DNA of 63,777 bases, filler included, from Octopus bimaculoides (lineage: Eukaryota), in NCBI RefSeq assembly GCF_001194135.2. It is 5 parts of 4 records of this genome, joined end to end, with 100 filler letters (N's around TTAATTAATTAA, not from the genome) between each part and the next. Parts side by side here need not be neighbours in the genome. Positions count along the whole stretch, not along the records: positions 28,304 to 56,232 come from NC_068982.1; positions 56,333 to 61,498 come from NC_069009.1; positions 61,599 to 63,777 come from NW_026400548.1; 2 more parts are not named here. One strand, 5' to 3'. Both the position numbers and the translations under genes were made by a program. Shown here in pieces: positions 52,261 to 63,777 of this stretch (positions within the stretch are counted from its first letter, which is position 1; each line of letters opens with the position of its first letter). Under the pieces are notes generated by a model. That model ran no database searches. It was not told where the DNA came from and saw only the letters and a program-made list of their open reading frames with translations.

Positions 52261-53157
52261 ATTATTTAGATTATCATATTAGAAATATGTCTTGTGGTAT
52301 ATTTGTTCAGATTGTTTATTTTTCTGAATTCAAATCCCAGCAAAAGAGATCACAATAGAATCATTTAAATAATTGGATGGGTTTTCATTGTATAAGTTCA
52401 ATTGGAACAAAATTTATTAATATTTAAGACATTTATAAATATTTTTAAGGAAATATATATTTAAATACTTTAATTATTTATTACCAAAAAATAAATTCAA
52501 TTTGTAAATATGTTTATTAAGATATAAGCCAATTCAATGTTAAAAAAAAGGAAGAAAAAATACAATTGCATTCAGTGTTGTTCAATATCCAAATAATTCA
52601 TTTGTCACTTTTTGATTGTCGCAATTTGTAATGTGCATCTGAAAGTGAGCGGAGTTTTTCTGCAGCCTTTCAAAGAGAAAAAGTATTAAGAATATGATGA
52701 GTATAAATGACTTCTTTTTCTTTTTTTCACAGATCTAGATGCTGAGAGAATTACAAAAGCAAATACATATATATATGGATGCAGGCATGGTTAGGTACAG
52801 CTGTGTGGTTGAGATGTTTGCTTCCCAGCTACATGGTCTCAGGTTCAGACCCACAGCATGGGGCAAGCCTTGTGAGTAGTTATGGTAAACTGAAAAAAGC
52901 TTTGTCATCTCTTTTTCTATGTGAATATATATAGATATATTGTAAGGGTCTTTCAGCTCTTGTTTCTAGCAATGTAGGTGCTACCCTGCATCCTCAGTTG
53001 CAGCTAGTGACAATTAAATTTTTCCTTTTTGGTTTTATGTAGTGTATAGCCACAGTCATTATTATATATATATATATATATATATATATTACAAAGTTTG
53101 TATGTATGTGTGTGCATATGTTCCTTATGCATTTGTAAACTTAGTTGCTGACTTTAA

Positions 53158-54600
53158 CATATGGGGTATCAAAAGATTCAGTAATCTTTCAGCTACCAAA
53201 TAAACTTTATTTTCATTTACATTTTTGCATTACAAAAATTTTATCATTTTAATCTTTCTATAAGTCAACTATCGTAAACGACATTTTATACTACAACGAT
53301 GTCACATTTTTCTATATGAGTATGTATGTGTCTGTGAGTGTGTGTTTGTGTGTTCATTCCAGGCTGATGGCTGAGAAGTATATGTGTGTGTCAGTATACA
53401 TTCATTTTTGTGATCACACAAACACACACACATCTAAAGAGAGAGAGTGACACGCACAGGGACAGAGATAGGTCTGAAGTGTGCATGAATGTATATTTCT
53501 GATAATTTTTATACGTTAGGCCAAAGACAATTGAACACATCTACACATACATATGCATATGTGTATTAGTGTGTCATTATGTATCCAAAAACTTAATTGC
53601 CAATTTTGACATATGGGGTATCAAAAGATTCAATAATCTTTCGACTACCAAAGAAACTTTATTTTCATTTACATATTTGCTTACAAAAATTTTACATTAT
53701 AATCTTTCTATAAGTCAACTATCATAAACAACATGACATCACATTTTCTATACGAGTGTGTATGTGTCTGTGAGCATGTGTGTGTTTGCGCGTGGCACGT
53801 GAACAAAACATTGGACTGACTCCTGTGCAGGTGGAACGTAAAAACACCATTTGAGCATGGCTGTTGCCAGTACCGCCGGACTAGCCCTCGTGCCGGTGGC
53901 ACGTAAAAAGTACCCACTACACTCTCGGAGTGGTTGGCATTAGGAAGGGCATCCAGCTGTAGAAACTCTGCCAGATCAGATTGGAGTCTGGTGTAGCCAT
54001 CTGGTTCGCCAGTCCCCAGTCAAATCGTCCAACCCATGCTAGCATGGAAAGCGGACGTTAAATGATGATGATTAGGCCGATGACTGAGAAGTGTATGTAT
54101 GTTAGGGTGTATGTGTGTGTCAGTATACATACATTTTTGTGATGACTGACACACACAGAGGGACAGAGATAGGCCTGAGTTGTACATGAATGTATGTCTG
54201 TATGTGTCTGTCTTAGTATGTGAGTGTATGTGTGTGCGAGTGTGTCATAATTTTTATATGTTAGGCCTCAGACAAACACATGCACATCTACATATACATA
54301 TGTGTCTGTAAATGTGTGAGAGTGCATGCATTCGTTATGGGCGTTAGGCTGATAACTGAGAAGTATATGTGTGTGTGTGGGTATACATATATTTTTGTGA
54401 CAACTGACTCACACACATCTAAAGAGAGAGACACACACACAAAGGGACAGAACTAAGCCTGAGGTGTGTGTGAATGTATGTCCGTGTGTGTCTGTCATAG
54501 TATATGTATGTGAATGCATGTTAGAGTGTATGTGTGATAATTTTTATACATTAAGCCTCAGACAATTAAACACACATACATGTGTATGAGTGTATTTGTG
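53158..54600 (+). repeat. Complex tandem repeat (two ~450-bp units plus a third partial unit); unit 2 interrupted by a (GAT)n-tailed element
   Basis: acatatggggtatcaaaagattca at ~53158 and ~53610; gctgat..ctgagaagtatatg...gggacaga...ataatttttata subunit x3. Confidence 0.85.
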
Positions 54601-55680
54601 AGTGTGTGTGTTTCCACATTTGTTACATCTATAGTAAAGGACATTTTACACAGTCTTAATGAGCTTACATCTAATGAAGTAGCCATCTTTATGGTAGGTG
54701 ATCTCCATGAAAATCATGACATTTTCATTCGTGCTCAAGATAACAACCTTAAACATGTTTCAGAGACTCATCCCTCTTATGATACTCTCCTGTATCCTCT
54801 TATTTTGTGGAATGGACAAGATGGATATCATTTCAATACTCCACAGATTGAACCTTCAATAGGAGAGCCAATTACAAACAAAGGTGTCATCAAATGACTT
54901 CTATTCTCACCAACTGATGTTAAGACTAGAACAATCAAATCAATTATACATGTATCATGATTTATTTCAGCAATACCTGGTTGATATGTATGCTAAAGTT
55001 GAGAGTGAGGATCTCCTCTACATTCATAACAATCAAAAAATGTTAAGGGCTAAAAATTATGTTCATCTCCAAAATGCTCTCCATGTCCTAGAGGCAACAA
55101 TTATAACAGGTAGTCACAAAGGAGAAAATTTCTTTCTTCCAACAATTGATCTCATACCTACAGATTTTCCATTTGAATTTAAGATACTTCACTTTCCAGT
55201 CAAACTAAGTTTTGATATTTCAATTAACAAATCTCAGGTCAATCCCTCAAGCTAGTTCGACTTGATCTATCTACTACATGCTTCTCCCACAGCCAATTTC
55301 ATGTTGCTTTCTCGCGACTTGGAAGCAGCAACAATTTATTCATTTCGACACCAACAAAAAATTACACAATGTATATTGTTTACCCTGAGGTACTTCAGCA
55401 TTGACAGGTCATCATCATCTGATAGTTCCCATGGGCAGCCAGTCTTAAATTCCTCTGTTATGGCAAGGAAGACAATGATGAATAGGAGACAGAATCCAGC
55501 CCTAGTGAACTCCTACTTGTACACTAAATTCATTTTTGTACTCATGGCTGACTCTCACTCTACTGACAGCACCTTTATACAAGGCTTGTGTGACTGTAAC
55601 AAGCCACTTAGGTACACCTTAACAACTTCTTCAGAGATCACCAGATAACATAGCAAGCAACTTTGTTGATGAATGCCTAG
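54600..55680 (+). mobile_element. Internally deleted non-autonomous Helitron, candidate 3' end CTAG|T at 55677-55681
   Basis: RepHel remnants, then ...gcaactttgttgatgaatgcCTAG t. The 5' boundary is uncertain and may include the 53158 tandem array. Confidence 0.65.
54625..55404 (+). pseudogene. Helitron RepHel remnant: N-terminal Rep-side segment fused to the PIF1 helicase C-terminus
   Basis: NEVAIFMVG..SETHPSYDTLLYPLILWNGQDGYHF; FQQYLVDMYAKVE..NQKMLRA..YVHL; then EATIITG..FPVKLSFDISINKSQ(G)QSL..FSHSQ..SR; IVYPEVLQH*. Confidence 0.92.
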
Positions 55681-55697
55681 TATAATCGTTTATTTAT

Positions 55698-55960
55698 AGC
55701 TAGATATTTCTCCTGCAGTTGCCTTACTATGAAGATAGCATCTGTAGTACTCCTTCCTAGCACAAAGCCAAAATGTATCTCATCAATTTTATTTGTTCCT
55801 AATCAGTTGAGCTATAACTCACTCTCACTCTCTCTCTCTCTCTCTCTCTCTACAACTTTCATGACCTGGTCCAACAATTTGATACCTCTTGTAATTGCCT
55901 CTATTAAAAACATCTCCTTTACCCAAGTAGTGGCTGCCTATAATGCTGCAACACCAATCA
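55698..55960 (-). mobile_element. RTE LINE reverse-transcriptase fragment
   Basis: Minus: DWC.SII....GKGD.FNRGNY.RGIKLLDQVMKVVER..IAQLIR..IDEIHFGFVLGRSTTDAIFIVRQLQEKYLA, with frameshifts and a (GA)n insertion. Confidence 0.85.
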
Positions 55961-57123
55961 TTAGGTATGATATCTTCCTGTTCATCATCATCATCATCGT
56001 TTAACGTCCGCTTTCCATGCTAGCATGGGTTGGACGACTTGACTGAGGACTGGTGAAACCAGATGGCAACACCAGGCTCCAATCTAAATTTGGCAGAGTT
56101 TCTACAGCTGGATGCCCTTCCTAACGCCAACCACTCAGAGAGTGTAGTAGGTGCTTTTACGTATCACCTGCACGAAGGCCAGTCAGGCGATACTGGCAAC
56201 GGCCACGCTCGAAATGGTGTCTTTTATGTGCCNNNNNNNNNNNNNNNNNNNNNNNNNNNNNNNNNNNNNNNNNNNNTTAATTAATTAANNNNNNNNNNNN
56301 NNNNNNNNNNNNNNNNNNNNNNNNNNNNNNNNGGGATTGAAATTTTTCAAAAAATTTTTTTTCAGAATCGGAATCTCCATAGCCTAAAACGTGGGATTCC
56401 GTAAAAAAAAATTAATAAATAAGGGGGGGGGAAGGTTCAGATTACATATAGTCAATCTCTACCGAAAATAATACTCAAAATATGAATATATGTATATTTC
56501 TAGTAATATTTAGCAAAAGCAACAGTGATTCAAGGACCGAGAGTTTTGTGGGAGACCCGCAACCAGCAGAACTGAGAAAAACATCGCATGTTTTTGTCAC
56601 CAGAACTTAGCAATTCAGGAAAGAACCGATAGAATAAGCCCAAATTTTAGGCTTAAATCCCACCAACAGACCATTAAATGTGTTTATGAGGAGAAAGATT
56701 TTGAAAAGCATTAATACATCAAACTGACAAACGAGGATGGTATGAGGTGGTCATGAGATATGCTAAAAATAACTGCTAAATAAATGCTTAATCACGCACA
56801 AAAAAAAACATTTTTGCTCTTGGCTTTTTTTTTTCTTTTTTGCATAGTCATACAATTTCGCGAAAATTTTCTGAAAATTCAAAAAATAAAAGTTATGAGG
56901 GGTTGTTTGGGGGTCCTTAAACCAGAATCCTGCCTCTCTGTGTGAGCACGCGTGTGCGAGTGTGCCGACACGGCGTGGTGGTAAAGAAGTTCGCTTCTTA
57001 ATGTTGCTGTGGGTTCAATCTCACGAAGCGTGTATTTTTTATAGCCACAAACCTAGCTAAGACATATTAACTGTAACAAGGTAGACGGAAAGTATGTATA
57101 GAAGCCCTTGCATGGACTGTACC

Positions 57124-57264
57124 CACTGGCGTGGCTAGAGTATGCGCCACCCGGGGCGGCCCTTCCGTTTGCCGCCTCCGGACCTTACAAAAAACATATA
57201 TTGCCTACAGCAGACCCAAAAGTACTGCCCGGGGATGACAGCCCCCACCTCTGCTACGCTAGTG
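57124..57264. mobile_element. 141-bp hAT-like MITE
   Basis: Imperfect TIR cactggcgtggc / gctacgctagtg; flanks actgtacc / gttgtacc (8-bp TSD with 2 mismatches). Confidence 0.5.
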
Positions 57265-58104
57265 GTTGTACCCTTTTTAATTACGAAAAGATCCAAGCTT
57301 TTTCCCTACATCATATTACACTGAGCTGACTCCGCTAAAGATCACATTGAAAAAACACGCGTATCTGAGGTATATTCGGCCACATAACAACGCTTATTCA
57401 ACGAGTATAACAACCAGTTGAACGATCGACGGAACTCACCGTGGAAAGCAACGGAGGATCGTTTTTACGTAAAACTTAAAAGTGCACGCAGATAAGTCCC
57501 AGGTTAAGCCGTGATCAGGTAGACCTAGGCAAGTCCTGATCAAAGGAATTACGACCGTGACCATCCAACCGACCGTTTATTTTAGAAATCAGAGACTTCG
57601 TTATAAATTTAGAAATGAACGCCCTCCTAGAATTAAAACACAAGGAAATTTGGCTGCTATTTCTAGCTGATTAATGTGTGTATGTATGTACGTACATGAT
57701 GGCATAACTATATAGAAGTGTGTGTGTATTACATGATTATATACATATATATATAGGTGCACATATATACAATCATGTAATTGCGTGTATGGTTGATATT
57801 TAAAGAGCAATGCATTTATATATAATATGCATGTGTGTAGAAACATGCAGAGGTATCCTTCCGATCGCTACATGTGTATAAATTATATATAATATTTATA
57901 AATAATATATATATATAAACGTGTGTTTGTTATATATATAGGCATAATTTCGCCGCGAAACTATACATATACGGCATGCCTATACATATATATCTGTGCG
58001 TTTAAAAAGTTTAATAAAACATAAACAACATACATGCATACATACATACATACATACATGTTTGGTGATGTGACAGGAAAAACAAAATTGAAAACATGAG
58101 TGCG

Positions 58105-58148
<44 letters not shown>

Positions 58149-58200
58149 GGCGGTGCTCCAGCATGGCCAAAGCAATTGGACTGAAACACATAAAAGAATA

Positions 58201-58235
<35 letters not shown>

Positions 58236-58767
58236 TGATAATCAGAGTGGCTAAAGGGTCGCGATTTTCGCGCGTTGGTTCCCTCACTCACCAAGAATCG
58301 AAACTGTAAACCCTTGAGTTACTTCTGCCGTTTATCAATTAAAAAATCGTTTATTTACTATATATATATATGTGTGTGTACATATGCATGTACATAAATG
58401 TGTGTGTGTACATTTACTGTCATAACAAAGAGACTTCATTCAAACACGATAACAAGCCGTCACCTTACCTGCACGACATGATGTTTGCTGACAAAAGGGA
58501 CACATAGACTCGTCGAGTGAGTTTATATTATGCTTATGCATAATGGACTCTTCCAGAGTTGGCGGTGTTGATTTACTACGATAACCTAACTATTAAAAGG
58601 TAGATAGTATATATAGTCCACCCTGCCGATCGTTTAGATTGCTCAGCCAGCGGCGGCTGGCTTGCTGCTACAACTTCTACTTACTATTACTACTAGTAGA
58701 TAGTGATGATGTTGTTTAGCCCAAGGTAAGACGTCATCCAGCAGGTCTACTATCAAAGGTGTTCTAG

Positions 58768-58883
58768 ATGGTTCCGGGTTCAGTCCCACTGCGTGGCACC
58801 TTGGGCAAGTATCTTCTTCTATAGCCTCGGGCCGACCAAAGCGTTGTGAGTGGATTTGATAGACGGAAACTGAAAGAAGCCCG

Positions 58884-58941
<58 letters not shown>

Positions 58942-59040
58942 ATTTGTTTGTGTGTCTGTGTTTGTTCCCCAACATCGCTTGACAACCGATGCTGGTGTGT
59001 TTACGTCTCCGTAACTTAGCTGTTCGGCGAAAGAGCCCGA
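58768..59040 (+). mobile_element. Composite tRNA-headed SINE, young, truncated, internal (TA)n(TG)n
   Basis: ggttccgggttcagtcccactgcgtggcaccttgggcaag...gaaagaagcccgtc-(TA)(TG)-...gtaacttagctgttcggc. Confidence 0.85.
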
Positions 59041-59144
59041 TGTTGTTGTTGCAACAGCAACAACAACAATTTTTGCCATGACTAAACACTAACACCTCAA
59101 CATGATATAGCATCCTTTCAATCAGTCCCTTTCTCTGTGGTTGG

Positions 59145-59171
59145 TTAGGGTTAGGGTTAGGGTTAGGGTTA
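59145..59171 (+). repeat. Perfect interstitial (TTAGGG)4 fused to (TA)n
   Basis: ttagggttagggttagggttagggtta then tatata... into gap. Confidence 0.9.
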
Positions 59172-60429
59172 TATATATATATATATATATNNNNNNNNNN
59201 NNNNNNNNNNNNNNNNNNNNNNNNNNNNNNNNNNNNNNNNNNNNNNNNNNNNNNNNNNNNNNNNNNNNNNNNNNNNNNNNNNNNNNNNNNNNNNNNNNNN
59301 NNNNNNNNNNNNNNNNNNNNNNNNNNNNNNNNNNNNNNNNNNNNNNNNNNNNNNNNNNNNNNNNNNNNNNNNNNNNNNNNNNNNNNNNNNNNNNNNNNNN
59401 NNNNNNNNNNNNNNNNNNNNNNNNNNNNNNNNNNNNNNNNNNNNNNNNNNNNNNNNNNNNNNNNNNNNNNNNNNNNNNNNNNNNNNNNNNNNNNNNNNNN
59501 NNNNNNNNNNNNNNNNNNNNNNNNNNNNNNNNNNNNNNNNNNNNNNNNNNNNNNNNNNNNNNNNNNNNNNNNNNNNNNNNNNNNNNNNNNNNNNNNNNNN
59601 NNNNNNNNNNNNNNNNNNNNNNNNNNNNNNNNNNNNNNNNNNNNNNNNNNNNNNNNNNNNNNNNNNNNNNNNNNNNNNNNNNNNNNNNNNNNNNNNNNNN
59701 NNNNNNNNNNNNNNNNNNNNNNNNNNNNNNNNNNNNNNNNNNNNNNNNNNNNNNNNNNNNNNNNNNNNNNNNNNNNNNNNNNNNNNNNNNNNNNNNNNNN
59801 NNNNNNNNNNNNNNNNNNNNNNNNNNNNNNNNNNNNGGCACTTGTGCCCGTGACATGTGTATGGATTTTCGAGCGAGATCGTTGCCAGTGCCCCTGGACT
59901 GGCTCTTGTGCAGGTGGCACATAAAATACACCATTTTGAGCGTGGCCGTTGCCAGTACCGCCTGACTGGCCTCGTGCGGGTGGCACGTAAAAGCACCCAC
60001 TACACTCTCAGAGTGGTTGGCGTTAGGAAGGGCATCCAGCTGTAGAAACTCTGCCAAATCAGATTGGAGCCTGGTGTAGCCATCTGGTTCACTAGTCCTC
60101 AGTCAAATCGTCCAACCCATGCTAGCATGGAAGGCACACGTTAAACGACGATGATGATGATGATGATCGAAGTAAGCAATTATCGTTTATTTTTATTTAG
60201 TTTTGCTTATTTTGATGCATCATCAAAATAATTTGAATTATCTGATAAGCTTGTCCTGCCTTCATTTTGTTTTCCTCCTCCTTTGATTTATATTTGCTGA
60301 TTCAGAAGTAGGCTACAAATCCCCAACTCTAGTCCGTGATGTGAACTTGGATCCTAGTAGCTTATCAATTGGAACACTTATGCAATATACCTATTTTTTT
60401 AGATCACCAGTAGCCTAAACCCTTCCTAT

Positions 60430-60466
<37 letters not shown>

Positions 60467-61145
60467 TTACATATATATCAAAGTTTGTTTTTATATGATA
60501 AAAATAATTATTACATTAAATTGAAGGATTACTCAATACATTTGGTAGAGTACAGATTTATTAATAGTACAGTAAAAGAATAGTATTGACTGTGACTTTG
60601 AAGTTTTGGCCATCATTGCACTGATTCGGTGATTATGCGAATAAGGGGTCCAACGTAGGTCATATATCAGCGNNNNNNNNNNNNNNNNNNNNNNNNNNNN
60701 NNNNNNNNNNNNNNNNNNNNNNNNNNNNNNNNNNNNNNNNNNNNNNNNNNNNNNNNNNNNNNNNNNNNNNNNATTAATACTTTTCATTAAAGCATGAATT
60801 AGCATTTGACAGAGTAATCTTAATGCTAGAGGATTAAACCAGTCATATATGACCTAAATACACTTTTACATCTGGCCTCTCACACCTCCCCTACAATGTC
60901 ATTCTAAATATAAGCAATTATATTGAAATTTTGAGGATATGAGATAAAACATAATTAATTCAATGTGAATAAATAAGCATTACATTTGATAGAATAATCT
61001 CAATGCCAAAGGGTTAAACCAGCCATACCTGGCCCAAATATTGTTCTAAGTACACATTGACTCCTCACACCTATACTACAATGTCACTCTATAAATAAAC
61101 ATTCTCATTGTCAAAATCTTAAATCTACAAGATAATGTATGATCA

Positions 61146-61355
61146 ATTACCTCTGCCAAGGAAGGAGGTTATGTTTTCATCGGCGTTGGTTTGTCTGTTT
61201 GTCCCTCTGTCTGTCCGTCTGTGTGCAAAATAACTGAAAAAGTTGTGAACGGTATTTGATGAAACTTGCAGGAAACGTTGGTAATGACACAAGGAACAGA
61301 TGATGAAATTTTGGTAGTGTTCCGGGAATTTTTATGGATTCTTGAAGGATTTTTC
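61146..61355 (+). mobile_element. Helentron-associated (DINE-1/HINE-like) element
   Basis: 5' attacctctgccaaggaaggaggttatgtttt (short hairpin acctc/gaggt), (GTCT/GTCC)n microsatellite, then ...aaaagttgtgaacggtatttgatgaaactt; typical HINE architecture. Confidence 0.7.
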
Positions 61356-61706
61356 ATTTGTTATATTTACTTTACATGAAGTATTACAATGTTACGTTCT
61401 TTGATTATCTCCCTTGAAAACACATTCATCGTTTGCACGTAACCTATGGTGGTGTTGCTGTTTCCAATGTTTATTTTCGTTTCTCTTTCAGTAATTTTNN
61501 NNNNNNNNNNNNNNNNNNNNNNNNNNNNNNNNNNNNNNNNNNTTAATTAATTAANNNNNNNNNNNNNNNNNNNNNNNNNNNNNNNNNNNNNNNNNNNNGT
61601 ACTTGCATAGCAAGTGACTTGATCCGAGATCATGTGCTGAAACAAAAACAATTGCAGTGTTGATGTTTGTAAACCATTCGAGAACACACAGAAACCATTA
61701 GTTTCA

Positions 61707-61889
61707 TGGCACTACTTAAATACAGAGATCCTGATGCATCTACATAACAATATGAAGGGGAGGGTTAGTTTTTAGGGTTACGGTTAGGGTGTCATTACAT
61801 GTCCACACAGCGTACATTTAAAATGTTTTGTACATAACACCTATATTTAAGTAGTACCATTAAGGGACCTCTGTATTTAAGTAGTACCA
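61707..61889. mobile_element. 183-bp TIR element with internal degenerate TTAGGG tract and 6-bp flanking direct repeat
   Basis: GTTTCA|tggcactacttaaatacagagatcc ... ggacctctgtatttaagtagtacca|GTTTCA; TTAGGG variants at 61761-61790; extra arm copy at 61844-61859. Confidence 0.75.
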
Positions 61890-63777
61890 GTTTCACTTCA
61901 ACATTAAAATTTCATTTGTGTCAAAATATTTTCTTCACTTTGAAACTGAAACCTGTTCGCAGACAAAACTTCACAAAACTAATGCAGCATGAAGTTTTGT
62001 CAGTGATCAGCAAACACACACACACACACACGCATGCCCACACATATTCATTGCCTTTCGTTTGTGTGTACGTGTATCTATGTGTGTGCACAAATGTGTC
62101 ACTGCTGAAGTCGCTCATGCAACTTGTTTGTGTTTATATTGGCTTAGTGGTGCAGAGTGTTTGGAAAATGTGCATAAAGTGAAAATTTTGAGTACTTGTC
62201 GGTAACATTTTTTCTCCTCGTCTTCTAATAGAAATTACCCAACTTTCTACGCTTTTCTCATGGCTATCCTGCATTCAAAAATTATACGGGTATTTTAAAA
62301 CTTTTCAGTCAATAAATAATAGATTACGTATACACTAATAGAATAAACTGTCAGTTTTCCAAATAGCGAATGAAAACTTAAAAGAGAAAGTGAGAGACAT
62401 TGCAAATGAGAATGGAATATTCCGTAGTGAATGCTATGAGTGTTTAAATTTGTTAACTGGATGCAGTGAATGGCAATGAATATTTAAATTTGTGGAAAAC
62501 TGAAGTTTAAAAAATTCAAGAAACTTGAGAAATCGAAATTATAGAAAATTTCTTAGTACATGAATTTATAAAAATATTTCCAGACGGTCAACCCTTTAAT
62601 AATTGCCTTCTTTTAGTACTTTTAGTAATTGTTACATACCTAATTAATAAGCAGCTTTCTCCATTCATCATCATCATCATCATCATCATCGTTCAACGTC
62701 CGCTTTCCATGCTAGCATGGGTTGGACGATTTGACTGAGGACTGGTGAACCAGATGGCTACACCAGGCACCAATCTGATTTGGCAGGGTTTCTACTGCTG
62801 GATGCCCTTCCTAATGCCAACCACTCAAGAGTGTAGTGGGTGCTTTTNNNNNNNNNNNNNNNNNNNNNNNNNNNNNNNNNNNNNNNNNNNNNNNNNNNNN
62901 NNNNNNNNNNNNNNNNNNNNNNNNNNNNNNNNNNNNNNNNNNNNNNNNNNNNNNNNNNNNNNNNNNNNNNNNNNNNNNNNNNNNNNNNNNNNNNNNNNNN
63001 NNNNNNNNNNNNNNNNNNNNNNNNNNNNNNNNNNNNNNNNNNNNNNNNNNNNNNNNNNNNNNNNNNNNNNNNNNNNNNNNNNNNNNNNNNNNNNNNNNNN
63101 NNNNNNNNNNNNNNNNNNNNNNNNNNNNNNNNNNNNNNNNNNNNNNNNNNNNNNNNNNNNNNNNNNNNNNNNNNNNNNNNNNNNNNNNNNNNNNNNNNNN
63201 NNNNNNNNNNNNNNNNNNNNNNNNNNNNNNNNNNNNNNNNNNNNNNNNNNNNNNNNNNNNNNNNNNNNNNNNNNNNNNNNNNNNNNNNNNNNNNNNNNNN
63301 NNNNNNNNNNATATATATATATATATACATATATAATATATGTATATATATATAATATATATATTATATATCCATGAAAGTTAGGGGTTGTGAATCCAAC
63401 CTACTAAGGGATAATATCTATCCAATATACTACTGGAAGAATACCCAATTATTATCACACTAATGTTTTTTCCTTGTATTACCAAGTGCAATAAATGGGT
63501 GCGGGTAAAAAGATATTTTATCATTAATTTATATAGCAATAAGAAAATGGAGGGGAATAGGTGGTATTCATCAACTTGCATACATTGTATTGTGTTAATT
63601 TACTTGTTTATTTGTTTACTAAAAGGACAATAATAACAATATACAAACACATGCGACATATTATGTCATATCAGTAATTATAAAAGGACATATAGTGACA
63701 GAAAATGGGATAATGACTTACAGCTGCTTCAGTCTAGAGGTGACATGCCTCATTCTATCTATATAACTCCAGTAGAC

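Overview
AT-rich, microsatellite-saturated, gappy animal genomic DNA. The repeat families and (TA)n/(CA)n load look like an octopus (coleoid cephalopod) assembly; this is an inference, not verified. The only confidently supported protein-coding gene is a complete Survival Motor Neuron gene (SMN, + strand). It has 8 coding exons from 30159 to 50488, encodes 260 aa (Gemin2-binding motif, Tudor domain, poly-Pro, YG box), and all seven introns are GT-AG and phase 0, matching the human exon 1/2a/2b/3/4/5/6/7 layout. The rest is mobile DNA: a full-length decayed mariner, an internally deleted Helitron, RTE/LINE fragments, several SINE families (Nin/Deu-domain, two tRNA-headed families, a CORE-like copy, an RTE-type (GAT)n-tailed element), MITEs/foldbacks and a Helentron-type element. 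Four 100-nt N44-TTAATTAATTAA-N44 blocks are artificial scaffold joins, so adjacency across them is not guaranteed. Most notable observations: (i) young inverted SINE pairs in SMN introns bracket all-phase-0 exon blocks (notably 2b-3-4, 456 nt, stop-free), predicting circRNAs and ADAR substrates parallel to human Alu-driven circSMN; (ii) small foldback elements carry telomeric TTAGGG repeats and share a terminal motif, one forming a perfect 40-bp hairpin in SMN intron 1; (iii) head-to-tail Nin-SINE arrays and CpG decay track the SMN gene body.
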